A stretch of DNA of 64,000 bases from Haplodiscus bocki. Taxonomy: Eukaryota. Location of the stretch: assembly GCA_965655095.1 (NCBI GenBank), contig OZ296649.1:78616001-78680000 (forward strand). Direction: 5' to 3'. Under the pieces are notes generated by a model that was not told the DNA's origin, made no database searches, and was given only the letters and a program-made list of their open reading frames with translations. This document shows, one piece after another, positions 24,487 to 35,399 of the stretch (the stretch's first letter is position 1; every line of letters starts with the position of its first letter). The translations under genes were made by a program, and so were the position numbers.

Positions 24487-25260
24487 TCACGTCAGAGCAA
24501 GCTCTGCACTTTTTACCGTCGCGAAAATTAAAATTATTGTTGATTGAAAATTAAACATACTTTTTGTTTGGGCTTGTTGGACAATACACATCTCTAGTGT
24601 CATCTTGAATTGAATTTTTCGTTTCTTCAGAACTTTAAATCCCTTCACAAAACTTAAAAAAAAAGAATTGGTTTGTTCTTCAGAAAGAATATTGCGCACC
24701 TGACACATGGAATCGCATTGAGGACATTGATAGCCGCTTCTGGTGAGAGAATGGAAAGTGTTTTTGTGGAGGCAAATATATCCGAACACATTGTGGTCGG
24801 AGAATACACGTTCCCAATAGGATAAATTTTGCTATTGTCGTACCGAGAAACAGCGGCAAATGCACTACACATCGTATAAGCCCTCAATTATTTCTCACTT
24901 GTTTGCAACATGATACCGGTTCTTGAAGAAGTGGTGAAATTCGGGATGGTTAAGGTTGACAATTCCTGTAAGATTAAATCGATTGCCATGTAAATCAAAT
25001 TTTCTGATGCAAAAGACGCTAGAATCGGTGTTTCCAAATCGGAGCGTTAAATGAAGTTGCCTATCTGGATTTTCAATATTATCGTTGCTGTAATGAGCAA
25101 AGAGATTGTTCTTGCATATCCAATCTCAGTTTTGGGTTTCGGTAGTGGATTTTGTAAACACTTTCTCGCTTTATTAAAAGTTTTGAGGTGATCGCGCAAA
25201 CTGTCGACCGAAGAAATTAGTTCTCTTTTCGAGATTTTCACTTTTTATTGAAGTATATAA
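24487..25260 (-). pseudogene. Accessory genes: Cys-rich (CPQC) protein and a further PC4-like remnant
   Basis: HNVFGYICLHK...YQCPQC. Upstream remnant DNIENPDRQLHLTLRF...IVNLNHPEFHHF. Homologous DNA at ~49400-50100. Confidence 0.4.
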
Positions 25261-26297
25261 CGCTGCTGTGTTTTAAAACGCAAACATGGAACAATTTGAA
25301 TTCAAAAGATTTTTTGTTGGAGCCCTTGCTAACACGTACTATTCGATGCTAGGACTGGGAGATGTCAACAATGGTGTTGTAAAAATAACTAATTAGGTCA
25401 ATTTCGTTCAAAAACTGTTCTGATATTTCTTCGTAAAATGAATAGAGGTTGCACAAACTGGGAATTTGTTTTATGACAGACATGATTTGCTTTTAGTCAA
25501 TAAAACTTTCAAAAATGAAATCATCGGTAGTGTACACCAATGCGAATTGGGTAAGGATTCAGTGTTCAGCAAGGGCAACACTCACATCTATTTCGTTTCA
25601 ACCAATCAGATTTAAACAAGACTTTCCGGACAAATAAATATGAAATTGTGGTTTAGCGGTTAAATCTTCGGATCACGAGATGTAACTGTTGACGAAAACT
25701 GTCGTGCATGTTGTCGTTTCAATGCTTTTAAACTCCACACCACAGTGACTGGGAAAGTTTGCTGAATCTGTTTTCCTTTTATGGATGTCTTTTTGATAGA
25801 AATTAAGTCCAAAAGAACTACGACGAGCAAATTAAAGTTCTTAGACAAGCTGAACAGGGGAAATTGTTGCACTTGAGTAATTTCTCTAGACAATCTGTCC
25901 CCCTTTTGACAAAAATGTTCCACTTGATTGATTTTCTCAGACACGCTGTCTGGGGATATTAACCCAGCTGAATAAGTTTCACAGACGGTCTTTCACCCTA
26001 TTAGGTGAAATTGCTCCACTTGAAAGGATAATAACAGACAAGCTGTCTAACGCGTTTAATTATTACTTTAAATAAACACAGTCGGCTTTCGAGATGAAAG
26101 AAAATGATTGACAGCTCGTGTGATAATTCGTTTAATGGTTATTTTTTCCCTTTAGGATCTTTCCGTATATGGTAATAATGTATTGAGTGACACTTGCTAC
26201 ATATTTTTCGACATTAATTCTCTTGCATTGCTTCAGTCAAGTTGCTACCATCTTAACGTTTGTTTCAGATTTTTTCTCTTAATCTCTCTTTTCTCAA

Positions 26298-29200
26298 ATG
26301 CCTTTCCTCAATCGCAACCCGAAAGTAAATTTTGAAAATTGTGGTACCGAAACTACACGATTTAATCTTGCGCGTCAAAAAAAGAGTTGTTCTGCTGGAT
26401 CCTTTATATGTTCATTTTGCACCACTTTTTTGACGAATTCCCGAGCTGAAATGAATTATCACCTTGCCAAGAAACACTGTAAAGCAACGGCTAGAATTCC
26501 TCATGAATGCAAAGAAATTTGACAAAGACTTTCACAGCTTTTATTTTTTGCGAGAACATAAGCGGAAGGAACATGGAGCACAGAGAGGTTCAAGTGCTCA
26601 AAATGTTGAAGTTACACAGCTAATAGGAGCTGTTGGTAACAACAGCCTGAAAGAGGAACTAGAAGCGTGCAAACAATTTTTAGTGGACAGTGAGATGGAG
26701 AATGTGAGACAGAGAGTGTACAATTTTGCCATGGACACTCGGGACCCGAAAAATCTGCTAGAAAAGTCAAATGTTGTGTTCGACAGTCTCAAATGTCCAG
26801 CTAAGCTGAATGTAGCACTCAGGTTTGTGCTCAGAAACGTAGCAGACGGGAGTTGCAGGTATTAATATGCACACGAAAATAATACACTATTGGAGAGACC
26901 TAGACTTGTGGCAGCTACAAATCACTTGACAAAAATCACGATCTACTAAAAAACACCGACGTCACTGAATTGTGTACAAGAGAACGAGTCAACACAAAAT
27001 GGAATTTTTACAAACTGCCGAATGTTACATTTTCTGCAGCAATACTCAAAGAAGTTCCCATGGGCTGCAAAGACACTGTATTGCCATATTCACTTTTGAA
27101 AAAATTTTCCGTCAAGTGTTTAACATATGAGGAGAACACCCGAGTGCTGTACAATGACAATATATGTCTCCTTCTAAATCTGGCGTTGTATTTGCATGGA
27201 AATGAGCGACTCCAGGAACAAACATCTACATTATTCAATCTATTCATCAAAAAAACTGGTGGGACTAATCCTGCAACTTTTCGAGGTTTTTGTGTGGAAG
27301 ATATTGCAGCAGTGGAGGACATTGTTCCAGCAGATTTTTTCTTGTACGATATTGACATTGTGGACGGATCTAGGATTGGGGAGCCTGCGAGGAGGAGTGT
27401 CAGGAAACGCTCTAATACTGTCCGACTTTTACATTAAGATAGCCACAATTGCTATTTCTCCAGTATCAATGCTCCGTTCAAAGCCTATCGTTGTCCGTCG
27501 TCTGATGAATTCATTAATAGATTTCCAAACCTGGAGTCACATTTGACTACTTGCAAAGACAGAGTTACACCTGTTTTTCCAAAGATTGTGTATCAAATGC
27601 GAGAAACACCATTTGACAAACTGAACTCGTTCAATGTCCCTTACTCCGATGACAAAAAATTCCTCAGCAAAATGGCACTTTTGGATTTTGAATCAATTTG
27701 TGTGCAGAAAAGCAAATACCGCGACACCGATGCTACAACAAGGATTGGCAAGCACGTTCTAAAAACTGTAGCAATTGAGGCCAACTTGAGTGAACAACCA
27801 ATCTTTTTATGCAATTCCAATCCTGGGCTTTGGTTGAGTCATTTGTCGATGCTCTGAAAAAATTAGCAACACAGAGCAAAGCGCAAAAAAAAATATTTTT
27901 TTGGAGATTGAGACTAGGGTGAATAGCAAATTCAACCAAACTTTCTCCGTTTTTAATCAACATCGCTTTCGCAAGGAACCAGTATTGGAACTAGATGATG
28001 AGTGTCTCGAAAAAAAAGAGCAAGACGTGTCGACACAGTTTTCACAAACACAAAAGAATCAACTTATTGATTTACAGCCTCACTTGGAAAGATGTTGCAA
28101 CGTTCTTCCAGTCTTTGGCTTTAATAGCGCAAAACACGACATTAAATCAATAGTTACTTGCTGCCTCCCCTTGTTAATGACCGAGGTTTTGAACCTTTAG
28201 TGATCAAGGAGGCTAAGCAGTTTGAATCTTTCGAGTTTGGAGTTGTTCAGTTGATAGATATAATAAACGTTCTCGCAGAAGCTACGAGCTTTGACTTTTT
28301 CTTGCAAATCTACAAAACTTCAGAAACGAAAGATTATTTTGAATAAGAATTGTTCGGTGATCCACAGGAGCTCAACAATACTTAACTTCCTCCTTAGAAA
28401 ACCGTCTTCAGCAAACTGCGCAACAGAAATCCCCTCCAGAAAGACTATTCAGACAGTGAAATTTTTTTAGAATGGGGCTTGACATCCAGAGAAGCATTAT
28501 CGAAACCGAAACGGAAACAACCGCCTGCAACTGGACAAAAAAACTGTCAATAACTGACCGGTGTGTGGCAACAAGAAAACATGCGTACCTTCAAAGACTT
28601 TTTGCGCTGGTATAACAACAAGGACGTTGTTCGTTCGCTGGAAGCTATGCCAAAGATGGTTGATTTCTACCACAAAAAGGAACTGACATTTTAAAGCTTG
28701 AATGTACTTTCCTAAATCTTGCAAATATTTGTGTTCACAGGTCAACTACTGTAAAGTTTTATCCCATCACAGAGAGCGACAATGATTTATTGGAGGATAA
28801 ACGTGAAGACATGGTTGGTGGACCATCCACAGTTATTACAAGGAAAACTGTTGTGGACGATACTTTTATTCGGGATTCGTCAAATTGGTTCAAATCCATT
28901 GTCGGAATTGATCCTAGTCAGCTTTATCATTTTTCTATGTGCCAAGCAATGCCAACTGATCTACACACCAAATAGGAGCTAGACTCGGAACCTGGAAAAT
29001 TTAAACCGCGTCAAAATAAGAGGAGGTTTTTTGAAAACATGGTCTAGTCATACTTTCATCGAATCAAACCACAGTGTAGAGTGAAAAATTTCTACATAAC
29101 GGGTACACAGAAACAACTTCATGCCTACAGTGTTGATGGTTTTTGTGGACACTGCAACACTGTGTTTAAAGCGATGGGGTGTTATTATCATTTTTGCCCA

Positions 29201-30653
29201 TGTCAATAAGCTTGCCATTCTCTCGTTGAGGAAGAAAGTCGGCGAGACAAAAAAAGATAGAGCTAGACTAGACGAACTACGAAAGCAATATGTAGAAGGA
29301 AAGGGTTAAAACGTCCTTGAGATGTACAAATGTGATTGGTGGAAATTGTACAAGACAGATAATTTTGTTGAAAAATGTTGAAAAGCATCTGCGCGAATCT
29401 TTCCCCTTCAAAATGCCTCTCGGAGCAGAAAGAAATTTGGAAAATATCAAATCTGGAAGTCTATTTGGTTATGTTCAAGGTGATATTGAAATACACGAGA
29501 GTCTCCGAGAAATTTTTGTCAACTGTCCACCCTTCTTCAAGATTATTAATGTTGGTAGAGATGACATTGCTCCAATAATGAAAGAATACGCCGAGAAGGA
29601 AGGATTTTTGACTCAACCTATGAGAATGCTGATATCAAGATTTTTTTGAGAAATGGATTAATCATTACACCGTTGCTGCTCTTTTTATGTGGACTTGGAG
29701 CTTGTTTGCAAAAAACGTATGGCCGCGCGCAATACACTCCAATGAAGTGCTTCAAACTTTTTTGTTCAGTCTGCAGTGATTGATAGAAGAAAGGGAGACG
29801 AGAATCGAAATTCTAGGGTTGTGGCAAAGACAATGATGTTACTAGCAAACAGTTATTATGGTTACCAGATCATGGATCTCAGCCGACAATTAGTAACAAA
29901 GAATCTCAGTGATAATAAAACCCATAGAGCTATCAATAACGAAATGACTAGGCGCTTGATTTATATAAATGGTCATCTGTATGAGGTGGAGCTTGTCAAG
30001 TCAGAAATTGAACACAAAGAACCAAAAAATGGTGAATTTTTGTTGTGCACAATGCAAAATTGAGCATGCTACTGCCCTATTATCACCTCTTTGACAATTA
30101 TTGCGATTTGACAAAGTTGGGAGAGCTCGAGATGGATACATACTGGCTCTATCCAGCATTATTGGAGCACGATTTGTATATTTGTATCCCACCAGCAACG
30201 AAAAAAAAGTGGAACTCTTTGCGAAGTGAAGACTGTAGGGATGAATTTTCAACCAACTCAACAAAAGATCTCTTCCCTCGTACTTGCTGTGCTAAGCATA
30301 AGAAGCACGATAGACCATTATCTGGCCTTTTCAAAGAAGAATTCTGCTGCACAGAAGTGATTTGTTTGTGTAACAAAACATATTGCTGTTATAAATCTCA
30401 ATCTTACATTTTCAAATTTAGCTGCAAGAGTTTGAAAAGATGAACGCTTGAAGACAGTGGTGATAGTCCCATGTGTAAATTTCGCAAAGTTTTGAAAGAA
30501 GAATTTTTCAATGTACCGTCAACAAATAGAGGTTTTCGCACAATACAACATGCTGTTGCCGCATATGAGCAAACGAAGAAGGGATTGTCATACTTTTATC
30601 CCAAAAAAAACCATCAGCAAGATAAAATACACACTCGTCCCCTTTATATATAA
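26298..30653 (+). pseudogene. polB: Protein-primed family B DNA polymerase (pPolB) with N-terminal C2H2 fingers and an internal VSR-like insertion
   Basis: ExoI LLDFES, ExoII FGFNSAKHD, ExoIII WYNNKDV. Motif A IVGIDPSQLY, motif B KTMMLLANSYYG, motif C EMDT. Also GLFKEE and KTY. Many stops and frameshifts. Confidence 0.95.
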
Positions 30654-30757
30654 CTATAGACATTTTATTATATAGTATCAATATTTGTCGGTGAAAAAAA
30701 TGCTTTTGTGGTCCTTTCTGATATCTAATTAAATTTTTTTAAACTTTAAACCAACCG

Positions 30758-31162
30758 TTTTACACAGAATTAGGTCAAAATAGAATACGCAGGCGTTATA
30801 ATTAACCGTAGGCGGCATAAGTAGTCCGCGCCGCAAAAAGTATACGCGGGGTGGGTGTGCAGGAAAGAAATTCGAAAAAGTCATACATTACGGAAAATGA
30901 ACCCACTCTTATCGGCTCATACCCGAACTAAGAACCGAATTTTACCATATCTTTATACATTCAACTGAACTATACCCTATCTTTATACACTGAACCGAAC
31001 TATACCGTATCTTAATACATTAACGAACTATGCCCCATCTTAATACATTGCCGAACTATAACCTATCCTAATACATAGGTGGAAAACCCAACTCGGGATC
31101 CAGGGTCTACACCCTGTCTTAATACAACTACCCCCGTCTGATCGACTCACTCTCTTACTACT
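30758..31162 (-). repeat. Right TIR of element 1
   Basis: Inverted match to 12966-13548, with fewer tandem units. Confidence 0.93.
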
Positions 31163-31812
31163 ATTGATGTAAAAAACTATTATCAACAAATAATGTAATT
31201 AACAAATCAATGTTTGACAGTAGCACTTCTGTTCAGTCTGGTCTTCATCCTTTCGATGAAAAGTGATGTATTTTGAAATAGTTCAGTAGTCTATACAGGA
31301 GGCTTTCATCTGTCGGATGAAAATCGATGGGAAAATAAAATGCGGTTAAAGGCACAGTCGGAAGTCTACAGCTGTCCGATGTGAACCGATGAATTCTGGT
31401 TTTTTCAATAATCCATTCTGTCCCGATTATAGGCCTGTAACTCCTAATAACTGTCATCTGTTCAATGATATTCTACTCTGCGTCTGTTCGGAAGGATTTA
31501 ATTGAGGGAAACATCAAACTGATTTTGTCCGATGAAAATGTATTCCGGCTCTTATAAAGTCCTATTAGTCTGGCCGCTACAAAAGGCACTTGCAGTGGCT
31601 TGTGGTGTTCCGGTTGGAGCATTCCGGGGTCTTTTGTATCATTCCTAATTATTTTGATCCTCCATCGGTATCTGTCATTTTCGTCGAATTCTTCCTGCAC
31701 ATTGGTTATCGATGGATAAAGATGCTTTTATATGCTCAGCAATACTTGCCACATAATACAATTTGCTGTTTGCATACAACTTAGATCTCGTTCATATCGG
31801 GGGGGGGGGGGA

Positions 31813-31984
31813 AGTAATAGAACATAATTGCATTTATACATTTGCATGTATTATTGCATGTATGCGTTTTTGGTTCAAGAAATTGCATTAAGATCTTAAT
31901 AGTATAATTGCTTCATACATATATAACATACCGTAAGTTTAGGGATACGTAGATATCTCATAGTTCCCTCATGCGGGCATGACA
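31813..31984. repeat. LTR-end-like dispersed repeat (GAAGTAATA...CTCATGCGGGYATGACA)
   Basis: Related copies at ~57605-57775 and ~62545-62685, each preceded by a purine run. TGACA/CGACA terminus. Orientation unresolved. Confidence 0.55.
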
Positions 31985-33590
31985 TCAGTATTATGTTTGA
32001 ATGGAAATTTTTCAAAAATACTGTTACGGAATGAAATTAGCAGTATTTTTTCGACGTTTAGACTCTAGGTAGGGCACACACTTACAAGACTTCCAATTAA
32101 GCCCTACAAGAAAGGAATTGGGTTGCTATTTGGAAGAAAAACTTGGTGAAAAATTGACCAAAAAGGATGCCATATACTGCTTTTAGAGTGATATCGGGAG
32201 GGGAGCACCATTTGAACAAAATAAAATAACTTGAAAAACTGAATTCAAATCAATTTACAAATAATACGCTCTTGATCAAACCTAACATTGAGAAAGATGA
32301 ATATTTCAATAGGAAACCCATTTCAAAAATTGGTCAAACGGTTCATCAGATGCCTATTTTGGCAAATTCTGGACCAATAAATAATTTTTTTTGCAAAAGT
32401 GTGCCAAATAAATCAATGTACATGTAATAGCTTCTCACTTAAGCCCTACATAAATAGAATCCAGGAGGTAGCTTATGAGAAAAACTATTCTCGAAAACAA
32501 TCAAGATCAGAACTATAGGTGCTTTGTTTAGACATCATACATCAACAACAAAAATAAAACGCAGAAGTCGGCTCCATTTAAATGCTGGAACTCATTGTTA
32601 GCTCTTGAAACTCTAGAATCCTGATTGAAAACGAAAAAATGGAGACTTTCACAAAAAGTATTTTCCAAAAATAATATTTGTTAGGTAGAAGAAAAAAAAG
32701 TAGGATAGAAAATGACCGTGGTCTCGTTTTCCAAATCAAGTGTATCTATAGCGGCTCATGTGGAAATGCAGCTCTGTTCACTACATGTAACTAAACTGCA
32801 AGCTGAACTACATAGAGTAGTGACTTTAATTAATGCGACAACTTTAATGCATAAGTCAACCTTAAGCACGAATAATTTCGGGGATAATCATTTTGGACAA
32901 AAATATCAGAAACAAAATATTCTTAGAATTTTCAGGAGATTATAATGGTTTTCGCTCAAAAAAATTCCAACCAATAGCGCAAAAACTAGAAAATGCGTTT
33001 TTCGCCGACTTCTCCGTTCTTTTGAGAATTTCGTAACTTTAAACAATAAATAAAAGAATTTTACCTTATCAATAGATGCCCCTGATGTTTCTGCAACAGC
33101 TGATATTATCTGTCGGCAGAAAAGTTTTCAAAAACTACTTGAAAACGTATCTTGGATCAATTAAATTTGAAAATCAATTTATTAAAATAGGATGTTAAAA
33201 TTATACTTTTACTTTTTGCAATTTCTTCAGAAAATTCAGAGTTGTGAAGAAAGTGTTGATGATAAAAGTACTGGGGAACAATCAAAACTAACAAATTATG
33301 TAAATTGTTTCTTGCTGTTTTGCCTCATTGTCAAGATTTTTCACGAAAACTGCCAAAATTAGTTAATAATCGCAATGCTTGCATAGTTTATTTACTCAAC
33401 ATTGGGACGCACTTTTTTACCTCTTTGAAGTACTTCATTCGGCAATTGAAATAACCATGCGGTAACCGTTTTAATGAGTTTTCTCAGAGTAATTTTGTTT
33501 ACTCTGATCTCCTAATATTTATTCCTCCACTTACGATTTTGTAAAGCGTATCAAAAATGCTTAATCGCATTAAGTAAAATCACTACTGTA

Positions 33591-34220
33591 CAGTCGCGTT
33601 TTAAAAGAATGGAGCTCCGATGCATAAATTGACCAACTTTAGACACAATATCTCTGAAACTATTTGAAATCGTTACTTTTGGTAGTCAGTAAAGTTTCTT
33701 AGAGTTTCATCTAGTTTACAATCGTTTTTGTTTCAAAATTTTACGACCAATACAACAAGTTTTAGAGATGGTCAATTTTGGACAAATTTAAAGAAATCTC
33801 GTGTCTTTTTGATATTCCGAAACTTTTTGAATGAAACATCAATGAAACGTTTTTTCCACACAATTTTTACGTAAATGTTCACCTAAATGTCTTGAAACCA
33901 TTAATATCTTTCGTTTTCAAAAAAAATTCGAAATGTGCATGAAATGGCTGTTTTTATATAACGAACTTTGGATTTACATGTTTCAAGATAGGTTTCACGA
34001 TTTGTATTTTGAAAATTTGCGAGTTCTATTTATATTCAAAATAATTCGGCAATCAAAATATATCACAGGATTCAAGAAATTCTGGGGAATATTTGTGGTA
34101 CATAATTTTTCGAAAAAAATATTCCCAATGAGATTACAAATTGAGAACAAACAACGAGATCCTTTTGGCTGAGAAGCGACAGTGCACGCTCTTTAGCTCC
34201 ATTCTTTTAAAACACTACTA
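33591..34220. mobile_element. Tc1/mariner-type MITE (CAGT termini, TA flanks)
   Basis: TIRs CAGTCGCGTTTTAAAAGAATGGAGCT and AGCTCCATTCTTTTAAAACACTACTA, flanked by TA. Related copy at 62902-63323. Confidence 0.8.
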
Positions 34221-34664
34221 TATATACAGTAGTGTCAGAAACGAAAGGAACCTTTATTTGTCAATTAATATTGGAACGCTATATATACTTGCGTAATACT
34301 CAAAAACAACTGAAAATTACAAATTAAGTTCAAAACAAAAGTTGCATTGAATTATATCTAGTTCATAATGGTGCTTGTTTGAAATTTTTAAGATCATTTT
34401 CACAGAAGTTAGCAGATTTTGCACCTCTATGTATTAAGATAGGAGGCTGATTTTGCATCACAACTTTCGATGTTTCAAGTCCCTTCCACTCCGTTTTTGT
34501 ATACATTTCTCATACTGTTAAGATGCTTTTCATCAAATGATTATACTCAGAAAAAGCAGCTCCCCAGTGTTTTCACTATCAAAAGACGGAGACATTTCCT
34601 GAGAAAATGTAATCCTTCCCAATGTTAATAGGTTGTAAAGGGTATCATCTCTTAGAGAATGTAT

Positions 34665-34775
34665 TTGAGCATTGTGTATCATGGGTATTATGGCTTTGGT
34701 ATTATGTCACATTGGGCTTTTTGGCATTAAGTAATATGGCGTTGGGTATTATGACTTTAAGTATTATGACATGTA
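34665..34775 (+). repeat. Degenerate ~15-bp minisatellite (GGGTATTATGGCTTT-like)
   Basis: Recurrent GTATTATG cores at short regular spacing. Confidence 0.6.
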
Positions 34776-35399
34776 ACTCGGAGCAAGATTTTCATCCTTT
34801 GTTCATTTAGGGTTACGGGAAGAATTTACGAAATTTCTTTGGAAAATTATATTTCAGCCACCAAGAAGATTTCCCTAACCATCAGGGTCAAACAACCAGA
34901 GATTTTACACAACTTTTGTAGTTTTCAAGAGTACGGTGGCTAAGGCTAAGAGTTGTGATATATCGAAAATCCACAAAACTAACTATAATTGTCCGCTCCT
35001 CCCAAAGCCCAGAACGCAAATCTGGGCATAAAAAATGTAACTGATTCAGGTTTACGAGGATTTTCCGATTCTCCGTGGCTCAAACTGAGCTGTCCGTTGC
35101 CCGCCCGTATGTATTTGGAGCCTGCTACAGGTTGTCATAAGAAAAAAATTTGTTTATTGTGAATTTTCACACACCATCTCAAGTGAGCACAACTGGTATC
35201 AAAACAAGGTAGAGTCAGGTTGTAAAATAAATTGACAATATTATCACAGACGAACTTTTAGTGCTGAGTAAGATGAATGGAAAATAAATGTCAGGCGCAA
35301 TCGCACTGCGTTACTTTCTGTCAATGGGTGCAAAGAAAACTGATCGTACATACACCCAATCAGTTTCAAAGAGAAACCGAATTTGACAAGATAATTTCG

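Larger units (their letters stand above)
12966..31162. mobile_element. Full-length (18.2 kb) decayed Polinton/Maverick, endogenous polintovirus (element 1)
   Basis: Starts AGTAGT (12966) and ends ACTACT (31162). Exact 6-bp TSD ATTGAT at 12960-12965 and 31163-31168. Long TIRs. Contains pPolB, INT, ATPase, MCP, mCP and PRO remnants. Confidence 0.96.
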
